Below are positions 49,160-60,944 of a stretch of DNA of 64,000 bases, piece after piece (within the stretch, counting starts at the first letter, position 1; each line of letters begins with the position of its first letter). Source of the DNA: Phoronis australis. Lineage: Eukaryota > Animalia > Phoronida. The stretch covers positions 1 through 64,000 of the forward strand of contig NMRA01000139.1 in NCBI GenBank assembly GCA_002633005.1, given 5' to 3'. The position numbers and the translations under genes were made by a program. The notes under the pieces are model-generated. The model was given only the letters and a program-made list of their open reading frames with translations, did not search any database and was not told the origin of the DNA.

Positions 49160-50273
49160 AAAGCTCATTTCAAATGACAAGGTGTTTGATATACTGTACA
49201 TACATGTACTTATCACCGTAGACAGGGGGAAACTCCCGGTTCCCCGAACTTGGCCCCATCAGTCGAAAACGCCTGGCTACGCCAGTGCTCATCTATAATA
49301 TCTCTTTAAAGGTTATTTTTTAATGTTTTTTATGTTTGTTATGAAATATTCAGTACAATAAATATACAGACCCTGAAAGCGCCAAGAGGCATTGTATCTG
49401 GGTTAAACAGATATATAAAAATCTATACACTAACACATAAATTAACAAACTGATGTTAAGATTACAATGATATAAGATTACAAATATAAATAAATTGTTT
49501 TCAGTCAGTCATTTTATTTGCATCAGTTATCTTACATGTATACAATTTTATCGACTCACACAAAGAAATTTAATATACTATTATGCTCCCCGCATACCGC
49601 ACAGGCATGAAAACATGAGCATTAGTCCTACAACATGCACCGCTATGAGCCAACCTGCATTATAAGTTGCAATATAATGATGTGTTAGGCGCATTGGATA
49701 GCTTTTGTCTACGAGAATGGGAGAATCCCCTGAGAATAACACCCGTACGCAATTTTACTCTATTCAATATAACTCTTATAGGTCTTTTCTTGTTTGAGCT
49801 GGGATGGCACGAAAAGGCATCTTCATCTATCATTTGACGGAATACATTAGAGAGATAGTAAACTTGCATTTTTACATTTTGCCAAGGCTTTACTGGTACT
49901 ACCTGGTTAGCCTAATACATCTATAATAATAAAGTTCCGTTGAAGTTAGGCTTTAAGAGCTGCCACAACCCGTAGCACATGGCACAGACCAGTATTACTT
50001 TGACCGCATTGGTGCTTTTGCAAGATACGTCACTGACCAGACATCCAACGAAATATCATCTTAGCATAAAAGACTGCGTTCAACAGCCGGTTCATCAAGT
50101 GATTAAAATTGTTTAGCTGTGTGCTTTCGCCATTTTAACTGATTTCGTGTACATTTAAAATAATACTCTGTCCTACAAACTTGAAGTTTTAGTACAGGTG
50201 GTATAAATTCGCCTTGTATGAATACCATTCATGCAATCTACTGCTTCGGTTAATACCTGGTGATTGCTACAAG

Positions 50274-50280
50274 ATGTACG
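50274..50280 (+). CDS. HEXD: Probable first coding micro-exon ATG TAC G of the HEXD-like gene
   Basis: aagATGTACG followed by gtaaga: strong donor, and phase 1 matches the phase-1 acceptor at 51153. Confidence 0.6.
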
Positions 50281-53200
50281 GTAAGAATTCCTGTTTTTGA
50301 CAAGAGAAGGTTTGTAACTTGTTTCAGTGCTCTGTGCACTCGTCACGTCCTCCGTGATCATGCCCATGTTCCGGTAACATAACTCTGTTCTCACTCAGCT
50401 TATGGTCCTGTCACACGAAACTCAATCTCAGAACGTCTTAGCGCGTCTTAACATCTGGAAGGGCTGAGAATGAGCGAATACTGTAACTACCAAAAGCATC
50501 CTTCGGATACAGCATCGTTAAAGAGGTCTTACGCAGATCGTACAACGCTTAGTCCACTTTCCTTTGATTTTATCCAATGTTCGATCTCGTATGTCTACTT
50601 AGAACAACCTTGATGATACCTGTACTTCAAGTTGCTGTATGAAAAGACTGGAGAATTAACAAGCTCAGGTAAACGGACAGGACTTTCAAATTCCATAGCA
50701 CAGGAAAAGCTGAAAAATTGGGGGAAATGGGAATTGAGATAATACTTAATGATCAAATATTCACACGAGAACACCATATGACAAGGTGCATGAAAGAGAG
50801 AAGTGCACTGTTAAGACGTTACCTAAAAGCCAGGTGTAAAATATCGACCGGTACGCGGGTAGGAGCAAAATACAGGCATACACGGGTTTGAACGGAATTT
50901 GAGTCTGTTCTCATGTTCTATCAAATTTTCGAGAACGTAGAACCACGTTGTTTGTTGTGCTGTTTTCGTAGCTGATGGACACTCAAGCCAAACAAAATCC
51001 AAAGTGATATGGCTACAATCGAAGGTAGCCGTCGCGCCGTAGCTTTCAAGCATCGGCTACACGCGAATCCTTGTCTAGCAGTAGTACTCACACAAATTAT
51101 TCTACGACAGACTTGAATTGTAGCTTACTGAGATTTTTATTTACCTTTTCAGGTTCAGGGGATACATTTTCTGTTTCCCGGAATAAGAAGCTGTGGTGTT
51201 TGTTGATTACCGTTGCCTGTCTATGTGGTGTTTACATTTTTTATTACGTCTCATTAAAACCACATTCATTTCCAAAGACCTTGCGCAACGTGAATAACAC
51301 CATCAGGGAACACGCGCCTACGACGGCTCCTCTTTATGAAGCCTTGATCCATCTCGACTTGAAAGGAGGTCCGCCAAAATTGAGTTATTTCAAGGAAGTG
51401 TTCCCTTTATTCAGACAATGGGGTGCCACAGGATTACTTGTCGAGTATGAGGATATGTTCCCGTACTCTGAAAATCTGAGTGTTCTTCCGCGAAATTATT
51501 CATATACGAAGCAGGAAATTCAAGTTATTCAGGCCCTTGCCAAAACCAATCAATTAGACATTATCCCGCTTGTACAGACATTCGGTCACATGGAATTCGT
51601 TCTAAAACACGACAAGTTTGCTCATTTACGAGAGGTTCGGGAAAGTGCCTTTTGCATTTCTGCAGGACCATGCGTTGTCGAATCGTACACTGTTATAAAG
51701 GAAATGATAACTCAACTGATGGCTGCTCATCCGAAAGTGACGCACTTGCACATCGGAAGTGACGAAGTTGAGCAACTTGGAAAAGGGCAAGCTTGTGTTG
51801 ACTTAATGCGCAAGACAGGAACTACACGTGAACAGTTGTTTCTTCAACATGTTACTCACATTGCAGGTAAGCGTAAGCGACAACAGTTAACCGTTATTCC
51901 ACGAGAGCACGAGAGTCACCGACTCAGATATTTAAAAAAATTGTGTGTACATACATGTACATCCTGGTGAGATATGTTGATAATGCTTATTTGAATTTTT
52001 TTGGTTCATTATTTTTAAGTTAGAGCAAAAAGCTCATTTTTGTTTCAAAAAGGTTCAGTTAGTGAAGATGTTTAAAACGTCTTAAAAGAACGTGAAAGAA
52101 ACAAAATTTGTACTGTTCATGTAGACATTGAACCTCTCTGTTAACTTTCAATGGAAAGCCAAAATTCGGTAAATTTTGCCCAATTTTGTGTCTTTGGTTT
52201 TAAGCCATTTTTGAGGTGCTCTTGGGAGCCAGTTTTCGGTGTGCTGGTGATTTCCTATGATATTTTTCATCAGTTTTCTGTCTGACTAAGAAAATGAAAA
52301 TATGGACTTTTTGTTTATTTGTTTTCAAGCAGCAGTCGATAGAAAAAACATACCATCGCGTATGTTACGGTGCCTGACTACGGGCAGCATTTCGATGTAT
52401 CTCATGAAGCTCATAAAAGAGTTTCATTAATTTTTGAAAATATGTTTCTATGATGATCAAATCAGTCGACATTAACTCTTAGGTACTTTGACTATTGCTA
52501 CCCCCCTGGTGGCAGTTTGTATAACTAGATTTGTTCGGAGAAATTTCATGAAATTTGGTCGAAACATTTCCATGGAGGAAATGATGACATGTTTGTCAAC
52601 GACGTAACGATATTTTGTTTTCTGTCTACTAAAGTACCTGAGGATGACTTTTGGTTAATATCGAAACGTCGTTTACATGCTGTACTCTAGTGTCATTTTT
52701 TCCACGTCTTACTTAAGGTAATTATTTACATGTATGTTTTCGAATGAGTCTAACCTGTGCTGCTACATTTGTGACAGTTATAGCACTTTGTAAAACGTAA
52801 ATGCGTCTAACCTGTGCCCCCTCCCATAAGTTGCTAACTGGTGCCCTGGTAACGTCCACCTCATTACCTGATAGTCATTACATAAAATATATAAAGTCAC
52901 TTTAATCTGAGTTTTATCATTTTTACAGGATGCTAATTTTTTAACCGATTCCACCAAAATCTGACTGTGTCAATTGTTGTCGCACTGAAATAAGTTAATT
53001 TTGAAAGTTGACTGCGCATATTTGTTACCATGACGACTGAGTACCATAAACGTTTTCGTCTTTGAATTAGAAATAAACTAGCATGATAATAAAGGATCCG
53101 AACCTATGACGCAAAACGATTCGAATAAGCTTCACACTTCATAATCCAAATGTAGCCCATTTCTGTAAATCAAGTAGGATTTTCACATCTTGAAGTAGAA

Positions 53201-55326
53201 AGTAACTGGTTACAAAATACGAATCAAAATCGTATTTTACGCATGGAATTTAGAAAAATAAGTGTACTGTTGTGTCTTTGAACAGAAGTTGACTTTCAAA
53301 CAAAAAAGCGATTTCAGAACAATTTCAACAGAATTTAGAAGAAAGGTCATCTGAAATGGGCACTTCACATTGACTTGAATAGAATACTTATAATATTTGT
53401 GGTACGAGCACCGAAAACTGTACAAAACTACTTTTTGTAGCAGTGTGTCTGCAAATGTACATGTATATAGTTGAATCTTCACCGATGACAATGTAGCCGG
53501 TTGAACATGCCTTTCAGATCAGAAAAGTCGCCATGTTTTCGAATGTGAATTTTGAGCACTTTAACCATTCATTTCAATAACTAGTTACTTCTGCGTGATT
53601 AAAGTCTGGTGTAAACTCTTGGCTTATACAGAATGGTAGGTAAAGATATGTCTTACTAAATTCTACTGCGTGAATATCGTGAGCATGAAGTTTAATCACA
53701 ATCGCAAGATGGCCGACCCGACCGAAATAAAGTCAAATTTTAAATACCGATAACTTTTGAATGCACGATGCGATTTTGATAATTTATTCATTTTTTGTAT
53801 TTCAGACATTGGTGCCTTTCCTGTGATGTAGGCTTTTGTCTTCAAAGTGAACAAATAATTTTCGGTTCGACCGCTTCATACAGTCGTGAACCCTTAATTC
53901 AAAAGAATTTTTGAAAATCAATATAACTAAATTGCCTTGAAATATTGCACAAATCAGAACATTTCATTAAAAATCTTAAATTATTCATGTCAGCCTAAAA
54001 ATTGTCTCTAACGTTGCCAACCGTTTTGGGTATTGGCACCAGGCAATTACATGTATGTCATCACTTGTGCCAGTGTAATCTCTGACCCACGGTCACTTAT
54101 GAACGCTGCATGCCGGGTGAAATGGTAATATGGATATGTCAAACAGCATTATGGTCCCTAAAATGTTAATTCACATTAATTATCTTTCTTGACACCATTT
54201 TAAATGTAACGAAGTTACAAAAACATTCTTTAAAATGTAGAATATGCAATATTGTGTCATTTTTAGAGCAAAAAAGGAAAAAGCCCATTAGAGAGATTTT
54301 ACAAATGTGTTCAAATATAGTCATGATTTATCCAATAACATAATTTTCAACGCCCAAAGCGCTGCAAACTGGCTTGCAGAATCACTCGAGTGATACCCTC
54401 TTTCAGCACTACAAAAACTGCTTACGGATTTTCCTATATTGGAAAATTGGTGTTATGCAAAAACATGTCGTTTTCTTCGTAAACCATTTACGCTTTGTGG
54501 GCAATGTATATGATTCATTGTATTAAAGATTTCATAATAAACATTAAATAATAGGCTAAAAAACTGAGAGATCAATAAGTGCAAATTTTATGATTTTTGT
54601 ATCAGAGCCACACCAAGACCACATTCACAAAGTTTAAGTTGAATCTGGAAAATGACCTCTAGAGTGATTTTTTTGATTTCTTTTGATTTTCTCGTGGAAT
54701 GGCTTTTAACCTTGTAAACACGACAAAGATTATCAACGATTCCCATTTTTTTTAATAAATATTTTCAGTGAAAGTTGGTAATTTCCCCCATTCCTTCACA
54801 TAACTTCATGGGTGGTCCTATTTTAAGATTTCAAACAAAAGACTGGAGACTACGCTATGTGGTTGCATCATCGAAACACTTACTGTATCGTAAATGTTGA
54901 TAACGACGGTGGATTTAAAGCGGCTTGACATGTTTCGCCGTTTATTAAAACTCACTGTGTCCAGTGTGTACCATTACTTGCCGTCGGGCCTAACAAGGTG
55001 GGTACTGCTTATTTCTTCTGAGGAAGGTGTTCTAATATTCGCCGAAACATGTCAAGCCGGTTTAAATCCATCGTTGTTTTTATCAACATATGCTGCTACT
55101 TGTCATGATGTAGAATTTATTGTTTACGTTTCATAAGTTCAGCAATTATTTGAACTTCCGGGTTATGTTCCGTGGCATGTAATGCGAAGTAAAAACATAA
55201 AATAGGCATAGGATAACTACATTGTAGTTATTTATTACCAGTATGAAAGATACTCCGTCTTTTTCTTTTCGCCAGCTCGAAACATAGAACAAGTCTTGAG
55301 AGAGTCATCACTGATACACAAACATT

Positions 55327-55415
<89 letters not shown>

Positions 55416-58400
55416 TGCGCGTGCNGTGTGCGTGTGTGTGTGTGTGCNNNNNNNNNNNNNNNNNNNNNNNNNNNNNNNNNNNNNNNNNNNNNNNNNNNNN
55501 NNNNNNNNNNNNNNNNNNNNNNNNNNNNNNNNNNNNNNNNNNNNNNNNNNNNNNNNNNNNNNNNNNNNNNNNNNNNNNNNNNNNNNNNNNNNNNNNNNNN
55601 NNNNNNNNNNNNNNNNNNNNNNNNNNNNNNNNNNNNNNNNNNNNNNNNNNNNNNNNNNNNNNNNNNNNNNNNNNNNNNNNNNNNNNNNNNNNNNNNNNNN
55701 NNNNNNNNNNNNNNNNNNNNNNNNNNNNNNNNNNNNNNNNNNNNNNNNNNNNNNNNNNNNNNNNNNNNNNNNNNNNNNNNNNNNNNNNNNNNNNNNNNNN
55801 NNNNNNNNNNNNNNNNNNNNNNNNNNNNNNNNNNNNNNNNNNNNNNNNNNNNNNNNNNNNNNNNNNNNNNNNNNNNNNNNNNNNNNNNNNNNNNNNNNNN
55901 NNNNNNNNNNNNNNNNNNNNNNNNNNNNNNNNNNNNNNNNNNNNNNNNNNNNNNNNNNNNNNNNNNNNNNNNNNNNNNNNNNNNNNNNNNNNNNNNNNNN
56001 NNNNNNNNNNNNNNNNNNNNNNNNNNNNNNNNNNNNNNNNNNNNNNNNNNNNNNNNNNNNNNNNNNTGCCCCCCCCCCCCCTCCTAAGCGGTCTCAAGGG
56101 AATGTTAGTTGAATAAAAGAGTAGTCTGGTTTAGTAGGAATAGAAAGGGAGTTGTCTTCGGCATAAATTATTGCATCGATGCCCCCGGCTTTTAAAGTTT
56201 TTAGAAAAGTCGGAGTTTGTCCCGTACAATTTTCGCCAGATGGAATAGTGTTTCGTAATGCACACTCGCGTTTATATTCTGAAAGTCTGGTGGAGAGTCT
56301 TGAATTGGATTTTAGTTATTTTTGGAAATCAGAAGGATAATGATGTCTAACACAAGCCTTTGGTGGGACAATAAACACTGGCTGCGACTCCAGTGTGTGG
56401 ACATAATGTTCTTTGGAGTGTCTTATTGTTGGTATCGGTTCGTAAATCATTCACTCGGATTCAGAAAAAAGGTAAGGGGTTTTCCCCCCTCGTCTGCTAC
56501 CGTCCTGGCTCTTCTGAACGAAGTATTTCCTCCCGCTACACTCTGTTTTTCTGGTTTATTTTGCTTGCGGCCCCCTGCCCCCCACCCCCCTCCCAATCCG
56601 CCTATGGTTCCAATCACTGCCAATCGTGGCTTCTTGAATGTAACTAACGACGCATTCTCAAGGAGGGACAACATCTGGGACACGGGTCAGGGCTGCGGCG
56701 ACCTGAAGACTGAATGGGAGTTTCTGACTTTGTGAAGACTGGCAGGGACAGGGTAGCCTTCTAAAAATATTCAGTTTTGACCACTTCCGTAGGGTGAGGC
56801 AATTATTAATCAATATCCTTACTTCGTATTCTTTTAAAAGGATAGTAAACCCTGTGAGCAGGATTTCCGCCAATCCTCGTTCTGTCACCTGCTAATCACT
56901 GGCGTCAATATTCTAAGTTAAAAGTATACCAAACTCGGTTCTCTGAAACGAAATAATACTCGACTCGACAACTCTCTAAAGTTTTGAGGAAAATCAGAAA
57001 ACCCCTTACAAATTCTGTTAAAGGGCAAGCGTGACCTACGCTTTTAGCGAGTTACGTGGCGTCTGTGGGAAAACACCACCCACCAATGACCATAATGTCC
57101 AATTCGTGAGATAGTGGGTATGAATTTTTAGTTGATTCCTTCTTCATATTTCAAGATTGACGCCAATGATGCAACATCAAGTGAGAGAACGAGGACTGGT
57201 TGAAATCATCGAAAACCTTTCTCACAGTTGCCGTGTAATTCGCAAAAAGCGTAGGTTACGCTTGCTCGTTTAGCAAACTTTGAAAGGAGTGTTCAAAATT
57301 TTCAGCAAACTTTTGAGGGTTGTCAATGGTTACAGAGCATTATTTTGTTTCAGAAAACTGGGTGAGGAAGTCATTTTTATTATCGGTCAATAGGCCAAAC
57401 CCGGATTTGGTATCCTTTTAAAATGCAAGAACGTACTTAGTTTTCGGTATTCGTACGACATGCAGCTAATTTCGTAAGCGCATGAAATCAGTAGTACGCG
57501 GACGTTGTTTTAGGTACTAATCCATGTAGTACACCACTCAGCAAATCTAATAACCGAAGTATAGTTTACTTTTGAAGGCACGAGTATAAAAATTAAACAT
57601 GGGTTCGAAAGCTTAGATAATTTCGGAGTAGTGAGCCTTCGGAGTACTGAACGTTCAGAATAGTGCGCTGTGCCCATTTCTCGCGAGCCGCAAAAATACA
57701 ACCAGATAAAAATTTCGTCAAGCCATTCTCAGACTAAAAAAGATTCCGTCTGAGTAAGTATTTAAGAACGCCTGATTTGAAAATTTGGTTCCTGAAATTC
57801 GAACCACCCCTGCACAATGCTGGCTACGGGCCTGGGATGGTTAATTCGTTTAGCAGTCACTACGGCTTAATGTATCGAATATGTGTTTTCCAATGTCCGT
57901 GTGCTTTGCCCGTATTTAATGACTTCTGAAGTGGCAAAAGACGTGTTACAGACTCGCTCGGACCACCTCAGGCGTGTATTTTGATCGATCCAAATTTGAC
58001 TCTGAAGAGTCTCTTAAAAGGATATCAAACCCAGTTTTTCCTATTAAAAGATACTAAAACGACTTTCCCATCCACTTCTCTGAAACAAAATAATGTTCTG
58101 TAACACTTGACAACCTTCAAAAGTTAGAGGAAATTTGAGAACTCCTTTCAAAATCTGCAAGCGTGATCTACGCTTTTAACGAATTATTCGGCAACTGTGG
58201 GGAAAGACCACCCACATAGAAACCATAATATGCAGTCTGTGACATGGGTTTTTGGTTGATAATTGCCAGTGCGATTTTTCAAGATTGACGCCAATGATGC
58301 ATTAGCAGATGACAGAACAAGGATTGGTTGAAATCATCGACGAAACGGGGTTTAGTATCCTTTTAAGTGCTCAAGTCAAAATTTTATACGGCTAGGTACA

Positions 58401-59361
58401 TGTATGTGACTTCAAATCTTCAAATGTAGAATAAGCAGTAATTCCCCAACTTGGCTTTCTGCTATGTTGTCAGTGCAGGGGCTTGGTCGAGACTCAACCA
58501 ACCATGTCTAAAAAGTTGGACGCGAGCGACTACGAAGCACGTCCGAGGTTTTCCGAGGGTATACCGTCGTATGGAAATTGATGTATGAGTTGGTCTACCG
58601 ATTGGGTCAGAATGGGACGGTAAGCCAAGGGCAACTTATATGGGCATATGACGTAAATTTATATCAGTTGATTCTTCTTATAGGCGTACAATGTTGGTGG
58701 TCTTATAGAACCGATGGTGTGGAGATACGAGGATGATGTGGAAAAGCGATTGCCTCATTCATTTTGGACTAAGTACGGACAACTTTTCAAGAAAGTTTGG
58801 GCAGCGTCGGCATTCAAAGGTGCAACCTCGCAACAAGCACTTGTTCCCAATATCCAGAAATACGTAAACAACAATTTTCTGTGGCGCAACACAATAGAAC
58901 GAGAAAAACTCGTAGTGAACATCCGGGGAATAGCGCTCACTGGGTGGTCTCGATTCCAACATTTTCTCGGGATGTGTGAACTACTCCCTGTATCGCTGCC
59001 TTCTGCTGCATTTTGCTTGCAAACGTTTATTAATGGTGAAATGTCTAAAGAAGCGGCAAAAGACATCTTTTCGAAACTAGGGTGTCAAAACGTGTCCATA
59101 ACTGACACCCGACCGAAAACGTTTACGCTAGAAACATTAAATAACTGTTCATTCCCCGGATTTGATTTATACGCTGCCGTTCACCACCTGCACAGGTTGA
59201 CTCATGCCAGACGTAAGTCATCAGCGACACCTGTCCAGCAAATCAACCAAAAAATCCGAGCTCTCAAAACCAACCTTCGAGTAACCTTGGCGAAGTATTA
59301 TTACCCGGATGTGATTGACGAGTGGATCAACCAGAACGTCAAGGACGTTACAGACACTTAG
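50274..59361 (+). CDS. HEXD: Hexosaminidase D-like (GH20) gene with N-terminal transmembrane anchor
   Basis: Exons 50274-50280 (inferred), 51153-51866, an unseen middle exon, and 58684-59361; motifs HLDLKGGPP, GATGLLVEYEDMFPY, IPLVQTFGHMEFVLKH, HIGSDEV, WAASAFKGA, ALTGWSRF.H....CELLP. Confidence 0.9.
51153..51866 (+). CDS. HEXD: HEXD-like exon: TM helix and N-terminal part of the GH20 domain
   Basis: ttttcag acceptor, gtaagc donor; catalytic HIGSDEV. Confidence 0.92.
52636..52672 (+). ncRNA. Degenerate minimal hammerhead ribozyme motif, Penelope-type
   Basis: acCTGAGGAtgac...atcGAAACGTCgt; stem II has one mismatch and stem I is only 2 bp. Confidence 0.4.
54894..55090 (+). mobile_element. 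Penelope-like retroelement remnant: pseudo-LTR fragment with a partial inverted copy
   Basis: 54894-54946 is inverted to 55033-55089; contains a hammerhead core. Confidence 0.6.
55015..55056 (+). ncRNA. Minimal type I hammerhead ribozyme, Penelope-type
   Basis: Stem I ctt/aag, core CTGAGGA, stem II GGTG/CGCC, GAAA, palindromic ACATGT helix III, GUC cleavage triplet. Confidence 0.65.
55329..55447. repeat. (GT)n microsatellite next to an N gap
   Basis: Direct inspection. Confidence 0.97.
56830..58368. repeat. Modular element made of direct and inverted repeat blocks
   Basis: 56830-56915 is inverted to 58283-58368 and 57155-57212; 56940-57210 is a direct match to 58078-58340; 57220-57355 is inverted to 56940-57065. 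Confidence 0.65.
58684..59361 (+). CDS. HEXD: HEXD-like terminal exon
   Basis: ttatag acceptor, phase 0, AYNVGGLIEPMVWRY...; TAG stop at 59359-59361. Confidence 0.92.
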   Translation, partial: AYNVGGLIEPMVWRYEDDVEKRLPHSFWTKYGQLFKKVWAASAFKGATSQQALVPNIQKYVNNNFLWRNTIEREKLVVNIRGIALTGWSRFQHFLGMCELLPVSLPSAAFCLQTFINGEMSKEAAKDIFSKLGCQNVSITDTRPKTFTLETLNNCSFPGFDLYAAVHHLHRLTHARRKSSATPVQQINQKIRALKTNLRVTLAKYYYPDVIDEWINQNVKDVTDT

Positions 59362-59656
59362 GCAAGCTTGAAAAAAGAAGGGTCGTGTCTAAGACGCACA
59401 AGTTTGCAGCAATGAATCTAGTTTTCAGAACCAATCTACGGATTTATCAAGTGTTACTGTGTAAAATTAGGAATATATATACTAGCTGCAAACATTTTAA
59501 ACTGTGAAAAGTTTTTTGAAGAAAGTGTTTTTAAACACTGTAAAAAATTGTTAACGTGACTGTGTTTTTTATGACTGTCAAGTTTGTAGTGGGGGACAAT
59601 TTGTCAGGACACAACAAAGATGAAGTTAACTATAAATCATATAATTATATATCATT

Positions 59657-59657
<1 letters not shown>

Positions 59658-59706
<49 letters not shown>

Positions 59707-59730
59707 ACACACACGCGCGCGCACACACAC
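59658..59730. repeat. (CA)n microsatellite
   Basis: Direct inspection. Confidence 0.97.
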
Positions 59731-60944
59731 ATGAAAAATTTATCAAAGTTCTTAAAGGCCGCCTGCACATAGTACTCTGGTTAAGTAACAAACCGAGTAA
59801 CATGTCGCATTTAAGAATACCTGTACTAGCAAATTTTCAGTATAAGTCACACGTAATTGCTCCACAGGCACCTTTCATAGACCTCTCGACATATACTATA
59901 TTACAGTATATGTCGAGGGTGTAATAAAAAGTGGCTGTTTAATAATCACCTAGTTGATAACCAAATCATAAGCAAAGTCGGGCTTAATTGTGACAGTAAC
60001 TTTGCTGTACAAACCATGACAAAAAAATAAACTTTGCAGGCTGTTTAGAATGTCGTAATATACTTTAATATTCTTTAGGACCGCATTCCCTGTTTGGAGA
60101 TTGATTTTCTCTTTTCGCGGATAGTGTAAGAGTATAGTTAGAAAAATGTTTCCAAAGCCTCAAAAAATGTTGTTTTGGTCGTGTCTTTGGGGGTGGCTGT
60201 CACCCTTAAATACTCCTAGCATGTTTTGTAAGGTACTTGACGACACTTATTGTTTCAGGAAAATCCTCTAAATCATGGAAAGTTGAATTGTGGGTCCAAA
60301 AGTTAGTACGTGATCCAGTCTAAATGTCGATACGAAAGCACGTATGAATGTACTGTGTGTGTAACTTCATGCGCAGTTGCAGAAAGATTGGAATTGTTTT
60401 CGAAATGAATGAGCGAAATAATATGTAAACTTGAAATGCCGAAACGAAATACTGTGTATGAGCAAGATAAGTAAAATGTTGGCAATTTTCGTAGATCCTG
60501 TTGACAACGAGATGATATTGGTTCCGAACTAACTTGACTCGTTTTCAACAGGATTCGCCTTTCAAAACGATCACTTACCCCAAAAACACAAATATTCATG
60601 TAACCGCATGTTTTAAATATTAAAAGATGAGCAGGTTACATTTACAAACTACTTGATGACATTTGTGTGCAGGCAGATAACAAACGCAACACTTCCTTGC
60701 GGGCTACCATCAGCAAACGCACCCGATGCCAATTTGTAATCATCAACCTGTCAATTCTTTAAACTGGCGATTCATCGGGTTCGATATCGTAAGGGAGACA
60801 AACACAATTTCAAGGAAAACGTCCATGTAAGTTTAAAAATAGCATACCTGCGGTTCTTTTTGTAGCCGTGGGGGTCTGACTTGTCTCCCTTGATCCGCCT
60901 AACGCGTTTACATCAGATATCACACATGTATGTTGTATGTTTGA

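Noticed and set aside
55228-56116. Long ORFs in the ORF track
   Set aside because: Artefacts of the (GT)n repeat plus the N gap
59556-59924. 122-aa ORF with HT repeats
   Set aside because: Translation of a (CA)n microsatellite downstream of the HEXD stop codon
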